The position numbers were made by a program, and so were the translations under genes. Below the pieces are notes generated by a model that did no database searches, was not told the DNA's origin, and saw only the letters and a list, made by a program, of their open reading frames with translations. A DNA stretch of 13,063 nt from Paraspadella gotoi (taxonomy: Eukaryota > Animalia > Chaetognatha). Where the stretch lies: NCBI GenBank assembly GCA_051294375.1, contig JBJCIZ010001632.1, forward strand, positions 1 through 13,063, given 5' to 3'. Of the stretch, positions 9,201 to 13,063 are shown one piece after another. Numbering within the stretch: the stretch's first letter is position 1; every line of letters starts with the position of its first letter.

Positions 9201-12200
9201 AAAAATTGTATAAAAAAAATAGTTATTACAAGATTGGTTAAATTAGCAAAAAACTATAAAAGACTATGTATGATGATGGTATGATGATGATGATTTTAAA
9301 AGGGGTTTTTCCCCTTATTTGACCCACTTATGCATCGAATATTGAAAAACGAATAATATTGATAAATTGGATAAATATTTAATGTTTCAATGTTATACTG
9401 TGCTTCACTTAATTTAAAAAAGGTGATAAGTAAATATTGATGAAGTATTTGATGGATAATTTAATTTCTATATTACGAACTCCTAATGATCATATTTTGG
9501 CCCACCTTACCCTAAACGCCACTCTAAGTTGCCTACACGGCTTGGCAAACCTTGTCTCAGTATGCCACAACGGCATTCTAGGCGTATACCTTTTTTAAGA
9601 TTAAAAAGCGCACAATTAAATATTTTTTTTAGTTTCTCTTCCCCTATATAAAACAGACACGTAGGGAGATGGACCATAACTTACGTAAACAAAACATATT
9701 TTGGGCATACGAACCTAACTTTCTTCTCCTATATAAGCTCGTTAACTTCAGGCTCACAGTAAAAATCAATCGTTGCATTCAACGTTCTCGAAAAATGACT
9801 GCGGTTGAACAATATCCCATTTAACCAAGCTCTCTTCACCTTGAGCCTCTGCTTGCAGAGCGCGTTGGGGCCTGCTTGTAAACTGGCGGGCAAGGCTTGG
9901 TTCGAGCAGGGCTGGGAGTTGGGCATGGACGCGCAGCGGACTGGGCGTAGTGCCAAGAACAGGCGCCGCGTTACGGGCGGCTAATAAAGATGAAAAACCT
10001 GAAGGAGGCGCGATAGCTTATTTGTATTGGAATAAATGAATACTTCAATAGTTCAAATACTGATATATGGGTTGTACCGAATTTAAATCATATACGCATC
10101 TAACTTCACTAATTATAATTTAATTTGAAAAATAGAATATGACCGTTAACCCACAGCCCACCCCGGCGCTCGCACCCCGCCGGAGCAACACTGGACAAGG
10201 AAATATCTAACATCACAACAACGACCACCAGTCATTCCCGCCGCTCCAACAACCGCAATCGGCTATCCACTACCGCAAACCACAAGAACTTGACCACCTT
10301 TACCACGCCACCACAAATTTAACCATAATGTGACCACCAGACTAGAGTGCTATAAGCCTCACACCACGCATGCGTACTACCGAATGTACCACGAACAACA
10401 ACCTCACGCCCACTAACCACCACTACAAAAACTTGACGCACACACGCGACCCGACCACAAACCTCACCAACCCACCGGCCACCACAACCTCTCGGTCTGC
10501 ATCGCGAGAGAATTTCCCACGACAGAGAGACTCGAAATATTCGTCGGAAGCTTGCGAAAGGACGAAAGGTGGGGCCCACCACCTTGGAAGGGGTTGAGGG
10601 GGGTAGAGGAGGCAAAAGAAGGAAAGGGGGTGATGGGGGAAAAAGTGGGGAGGGGGATAGGTTGGATGGAGAAGTGAATCAGGGTGGCAAGTGGCATGTT
10701 TTTCGCGAGGTGAGAGAAATTGAAAAAGTGAAAACAAGAAAATCAAGAAAATTGAAATGAGATAAGAATATGGGAGGAAAATCCCTTCCTTCCTAATTTC
10801 CTCGGTCAAAAGTAAATTAAAGCAATTAGTATGTCATAGCAGACAAATTATACAAACTTGGTTCTACTTTAAGGACCAAAAATCCTTTTCCCTCGAGAGA
10901 GACCTATCACAAAAAAAACGTTATTAATAGGAACTCGATAAATATGATGCCGATCGCCACTCTCATCAATAACGCGTTCCCTCAGTTAATTATTTGAGAC
11001 CGGTCTTTTACTGGGTGGCCAACTGTTTTAGCGGTCCTTTTTATCTGACGCATTCTCAATTTACTTTGAGTGCAAAACCGCAATCATTTTCGTGAACATT
11101 AATCTCCGTCGACTCTAGTTTTACGAGTTTCTAGAGTGCCCTACTCCTCTATAATTATGATTAAATAGTAAATTGTTATGAACCAATTTTCGTCTTATTT
11201 CTTCAATAAAAAAAGTGTTTCAAGACTCACGTTAAACCCTTTGGGGACGGGCGACGTTACCAACGCTCAAATTTTTCACAAGCGTGAGACAAAGTTTCTT
11301 TACCAAGACTTCTATATAAATTATTCGTACCGAGTCCGTAAATAGTAAAAGAAAGATTATCGAATCAAAAAGATTCGAAAAAAATTATCATCACATTCTA
11401 CGAATGCAAATTATACTTCCGGAACTAAATTTCGTTTGAAATGAAGCGATAAATTACAGAGACCGGTTGACGCCGATTCCGATTCTCACTTGAAGCATCT
11501 TTCGAGTCCATTGAGGCTCCAAGAGGAGCTCCGTCAGATCGGGAATCCGTATCCTTGACCCTGAAACTTGGCTTTGTAGAGGTGGACGAAAAGGTTCGAG
11601 TAGACGTACCGTCCGTCCTGGTAAGAAAAGACATTCTGATGCTCAATCACAGCTTCGAAATGGATTCAACACCCAACAATGGAAACTCTTTAACATTAAC
11701 GCAGAAATCAGTTGCCATCACGATTTGAGCGAACAAACCTTTCAACTGTAACTGAGCGAGACTCGCATCGCCCAGAGCCGCCTCGCCTGCAGGCATCCCC
11801 CATTTGCCACCGTCGCATCTATGGCAACTTTGACACACTCCAGCCTACGGCATCCACCATTTGGCACTCTTGGCATCTATGGCATACTTTGACCTGCTCA
11901 CCTGCAGGCATCCACCATTTTGCCAGCCCTCGGCATCGCTCCTTCAAGGCCTCGACCCAGTCGCTGGTGAGCGTCGCTGACGCTCGGCGGTTTGACGGAC
12001 GAGCTCTCTGCAAGAATGCAGGATTTCTTTTCACATCGCAGAACTAGTTTTGAGCAAAACAATGGTCGGATGCTGACGCTAACGATCATTAGCTTTCAAA
12101 GTTAATTAATTAAATTAGGTTTAATTTATATTAATTAATTGATCGATAATGTTTATTTTTAGGTCTTTTCCGTCACTAACCACGACTAATGAATAGACTT

Positions 12201-13032
12201 GATTGGATTGATTGATTAATAATTAATTGATGTAATTAATTGACATTGTATTAATTAATTTATTTATTAAATAATGACTAATTGATTAAATTTAACTGAT
12301 TAATAATTTGATTAATTAATACTTCTTGCATTTTACATTTAAATATTAAAAAGAAAAGAAGCATAATCAATTAGTAAAACAGGTTTTTTGTTTTTTTTTC
12401 AACAATTTAAAGCTTAGACAGACAGACAGGACGGTCGGACAGAATGGACGGAACATCTTTTCGATGTTTCTGGACATGATGTATACAGTAATTGCCTGAC
12501 AAGATTTAAGGGGGTGGACTCGACGGACCGACAAAAGTGTATAGTAGAGTCGGGTATCTGCTGTAAGCAGATACGACTAAAAATTGAAAAAGTTTAATTT
12601 AATTTTTAAGGGCACTGAGTATATAAGATTTATATTCCAGATACTTGACCTTCATAAACTCTTTGGATGAGAACTGTGGGAGTGTCTGAGGATGCTCGAA
12701 GGCTTGAAGTGGAATTGTCCCATTCTTGCGGACGCAAAGATTTTTAAGGACCCAAAACGTTCATTATTTCTTCTGCCAACCTATTTATTATGAGAAAGTC
12801 TACTGCTATTTTTTGGCTATTACAAGATCCCACGATATATAATATGTTTTTAATGAAAATTATTCGCGAATACATTGTTGAAAAATTATAAATTTCACGT
12901 GCAATTCATGATATAAAAAAATGGTTTGCCAATTAGGGTAGAATGATATGCCATGCAGGGTGTGAAATGTTTAAGCGAGTGAGAGAATAGCAGGACGATT
13001 GTTTAGAATTGGTAGCAGCAGCGGTAGGACAT
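83..13032 (-). CDS. Multi-exon gene for a large WD40-repeat (beta-propeller) protein, 3'-incomplete, with apparent indel errors; may be two adjacent genes
   Basis: Series of mostly GC-rich blocks bounded on the minus strand by (Y)n-AG acceptors and GT donors. Exons 1242-1123, 711-598 and 240-83 join in phase with no edits. WD40 motifs are readable in at least 8 exons. The 5' extent (upstream of ~8300) is much less certain. Confidence 0.8.
286..590. repeat. Degenerate intronic repeats: CCCTGCYCGAC core (~8 copies), TTTCCTTATCCT runs (441-489), (TATACCC)n (512-545)
   Basis: Motifs read directly, e.g. cctgctcgacaat at ~348 and ~426, ccctgcccgac at ~544 and ~580. Confidence 0.8.
598..711 (-). 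CDS. Exon: (G)ESVGIGSELAVRFPVNSKEKRPIIAVPDDHNRLCIFE(G)
   Basis: Strong acceptor ttctcctctttctctttccag| and donor AAG|gtgaga. 114 nt, phase 1-1, open. Confidence 0.85.
1123..1242 (-). CDS. Exon: (G)HAACVNCVRFLRHGEGRVKSPSAFYDGSVVLWSLDDYSK(G), one canonical WD40 repeat
   Basis: Acceptor ttttctatccccag|, donor AAG|gttgct. 120 nt, phase 1-1, with a GH-xx-V-xx-V-x-F ... DGSVVLWSL signature. Confidence 0.9.
1378..1492. repeat. Degenerate (ATAG)n microsatellite
   Basis: Repeated atagatagat runs. Confidence 0.8.
1649..1791 (-). CDS. Exon, WD40 repeat approx ..AFNPTHKH..SAGFDYSVQIWDAANGK..AFFK (needs indel correction)
   Basis: Acceptor (c)n-ttag|, donor AAA|gtaacc. The fragments FDYSVQ, IWDAANGK and GAFFK lie consecutively in shifting frames and lead into the GH of the next exon. 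Confidence 0.8.
2325..3832. repeat. Tandem array, ~14-15 copies of a ~96-100 bp unit (observed period ~100-108)
   Basis: Consensus by eye: TTATTAGTTCTCCCCGCGAGGCCGTCCACAAGGAGACCACGTTCTC(G)CTGCGTGGAGCCATGTTCTTCCACACCACTGTTCTTTTATCCACTCACCC. The TTATTAG anchor recurs near 2400, 2503, 2609, 2718, 2819, 2925, 3030, 3138, 3244, 3348, 3452, 3555, 3655 and 3755. Confidence 0.97.
3753..3921 (-). CDS. Exon, WD40 approx GGEIWDLRAQ..DYLFVSSA.WSP..KNIASSQ.NVVSLW..RGELIR (needs indel correction); its 3' end is the source of the tandem array
   Basis: Acceptor tctttttccgtccaacccag|, donor AGG|gtgagt. IWDL, WSP, IASSQ and NVVSL are each readable, in different frames. Confidence 0.75.
4043..4145 (-). CDS. 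Possible exon (..IRIHFLPGGR.NISAAPG); 5' border uncertain
   Basis: Locally GC-richer block ending GGA|gtaata. It contains a stop and frame problems, so support is weak. Confidence 0.3.
4493..4611 (-). CDS. Possible exon (R)IIYFRSCRSKSLNLFLVQNFRGFPFFEDSTPDVDII..; 3' border uncertain
   Basis: Acceptor ttcgtttccag|G gives a phase-2 join to the preceding exon (DNNS-R-II). AT-rich, with an unclear donor. Confidence 0.35.
4718..4818. repeat. (CT)n microsatellite, i.e. (GA)n just 3' of a donor on the sense strand
   Basis: Direct read. Confidence 0.95.
4830..4932 (-). CDS. Exon, WD40 approx LCFTFPLHDETVNSICWSCTGA.ICTSSTDNNSR (needs indel correction)
   Basis: Acceptor ttttccgttttcag|, donor GAG|gtgggc. 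H..VNSICWS..G..ICTSS.DN motif. Confidence 0.85.
5055..5086 (-). CDS. Micro-exon (32 nt) ..CHRVWNYDLY
   Basis: Acceptor aatacag|, donor |gtacgt. It supplies the RVWN end of the WD repeat begun in the preceding exon. Confidence 0.65.
5120..5281. repeat. (TTCA)n microsatellite, degenerate
   Basis: Direct read. Confidence 0.95.
5396..5535 (-). CDS. Exon, WD40 approx ..PFAFY..LAGHLALINQ..DGAY.LFT.S.ED (needs indel correction)
   Basis: Acceptor ccttattctgtacag|, donor GAT|gtgtct. LAGHLALIN, DGAY and LFT fragments occur in order. Confidence 0.7.
5869..5940 (-). CDS. Exon (72 nt), frame unresolved (all three open)
   Basis: GC-rich block after a very long pyrimidine tract. Acceptor ccatcaag|, donor AGG|gtgaag. 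Confidence 0.55.
5946..6414. repeat. Polypurine tract with recurring GGAGGAAAGG motif
   Basis: Almost pure A/G on the + strand. Confidence 0.95.
6424..7114. repeat. Polypyrimidine tract with recurring CTTTCCTCCAC motif (degenerate minisatellite)
   Basis: Motif at ~6646, 6734, 6811, 6919, 6970, 7020 and 7041. Confidence 0.95.
7120..7307 (-). CDS. Exon (188 nt), GC-rich; one open reading is FKTTNHLRPGSSGPPAVARPEFKAASKRE..
   Basis: Acceptor ccctttttatgcccacag|, donor GAG|gtagcg. Sharp compositional border with the flanking repeat. Confidence 0.65.
7455..7665 (-). CDS. Exon, WD40 approx ..HTDTITFVA..KGGEEILSASRDGTLTIWEK.. (needs indel correction)
   Basis: Acceptor ggacag|, strong donor GGG|gtaagt. 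The fragments TDTTIT, KGGEEILSA, SRDG and GTLTIWEK are consecutive across frames. Confidence 0.75.
7691..8035. repeat. CT-rich followed by (ACA/AAC)-rich low-complexity intronic sequence
   Basis: Direct read. Confidence 0.85.
8048..8235 (-). CDS. Exon, WD40 approx LHPT.QPLFLSTA.. / FVDFSSDG.KLLAAAT.DGEINK (needs indel correction)
   Basis: Acceptor ccccacatccag|, donor AAG|gtgggg. The fragments QPLFLSTA, FVDFSSDGA, KLLAAAT and VDGEINK are consecutive across frames. Confidence 0.75.
8891..9019 (-). CDS. Probable exon FRLSLGVWQSRVASDDERRGKSVAPGRGISETRLNLRGREKSD
   Basis: Acceptor tctttaccttag|, donor GAT|gtaaat. GC-rich, open frame. Confidence 0.5.
9511..9589 (-). CDS. Probable exon YTPRMPLWHTETRFAKPCRQLRVAFR
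   Basis: Strong donor AGG|gtaagg and a weak acceptor aaaaag|. Phase 2-0 fits both neighbours. Confidence 0.5.
9685..9728 (-). CDS. Probable small exon EKKVRFVCPKYVLF(T)
   Basis: Acceptor cttatatag|, perfect donor |gtaagt. Phase 0-2 fits both neighbours. Confidence 0.45.
9840..9980 (-). CDS. Probable exon PPVTRRLFLALRPVRCASMPNSQPCSNQALPASLQAGPNALCKQRLK (frame unverified)
   Basis: Acceptor tttttcatctttattag|, donor AAG|gtgaag. GC-rich block. Confidence 0.55.
10140..10488. repeat. A/C-rich degenerate repeat (ACCAC/ACCACAA motifs), intronic
   Basis: Recurring accac and accacaa motifs with no clean period. Confidence 0.6.
10489..10582 (-). CDS. Probable exon, frame unresolved (one frame WWAPPFVLSQASDEYFESLCRGKFSRDADRE)
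   Basis: Long C/T tract, then ccccttccaag|. Donor GAG|gttgtg. Confidence 0.55.
11490..11617 (-). CDS. Probable exon beginning DGRYVYSNLFVHLYK.. (or S/T-rich alternative frame); 3' end at 11490 or 11458
   Basis: Acceptor gtcttttcttaccag|. Candidate donors CAA|gtgaga and TCT|gtaatt. Confidence 0.55.
11782..11937. repeat. ~57-58 bp tandem repeat, ~2.7 copies, overlapping an exon 3' end
   Basis: GCATCC.CCATTT anchor at 11793, 11850 and 11908; GCATCTATGGCA.CTTTGAC occurs twice. Confidence 0.9.
11902..12092 (-). CDS. Probable exon ending ..GATGCCTGCAG; start at 12092 or at an internal cttgcag acceptor near 12008
   Basis: Strong donor CAG|gtgagc. GC-rich block bordering an AT-rich intron; overlaps ORF 11898..12089. 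Confidence 0.55.
12101..12322. repeat. AT-rich (ATTA/ATTG)n degenerate microsatellite
   Basis: Direct read. Confidence 0.85.
12650..12780 (-). CDS. Possible exon LAEEIMNVLGP.. (stop or frameshift at 12744-12746)
   Basis: Acceptor aaatag|, donor AAG|gtcaag. Higher GC than its flanks. Confidence 0.4.
12899..13032 (-). CDS. Possible first exon (ATG 13032; ..TIVLLFSHSLKHFTPCMAYH..), contains TAA at 13003-13005
   Basis: ATG plus a donor AC|gtgaaa that gives a phase-2 join to the next exon. The in-frame stop weakens the call. Confidence 0.25.
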
Positions 13033-13063
13033 TTATCAGAAAATTAGCTTACATTGCTAAATT

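Noticed and set aside
7120-11626. Plus-strand gene suggested by donors gtaagt (7285) and gtaaga (11621)
   Set aside because: The same blocks have both acceptor and donor on the minus strand and fit the WD40 gene. No coherent plus-strand exon chain was found.
4064-13005. TAA/TAG reassignment to Gln (in-frame stops at 4064, 9729, 12744, 13003)
   Set aside because: The 9729 TAG is explained as a splice acceptor. The others fall in low-confidence exons of an indel-rich sequence, and the well-supported exons contain no such codons.

Overview
Eukaryotic genomic DNA; nothing prokaryotic (no operon, CRISPR or IS) is recognisable. Most of the window reads as one intron-rich gene (possibly two in tandem) on the minus strand. 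About 20 short, mostly GC-rich exons with GT-AG borders encode many WD40 repeats (GH..V..V.F/WSP..SAS.DG...IW motifs), and the gene runs off the left edge. The repeats at 5535->83 loosely resemble the BRWD/PHIP propeller, but I cannot assign an orthologue. Many exons need 1-nt indels removed to read through, and tandem-repeat copies differ mostly by insertions, which suggests unpolished long-read sequence; exon borders and frames are therefore approximate. Introns are filled with micro- and minisatellites. The most unusual structure is a ~1.5 kb array of ~14-15 copies of a ~96-100 bp unit made of the 3' end of a WD40 exon plus its own 5' splice site and the start of the intron. A smaller ~57 bp version of the same exon-end-plus-donor duplication lies at 11782-11937. 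One intron has complementary purine and pyrimidine halves that could fold back. Most supplied ORFs are low-complexity or repeat artefacts.
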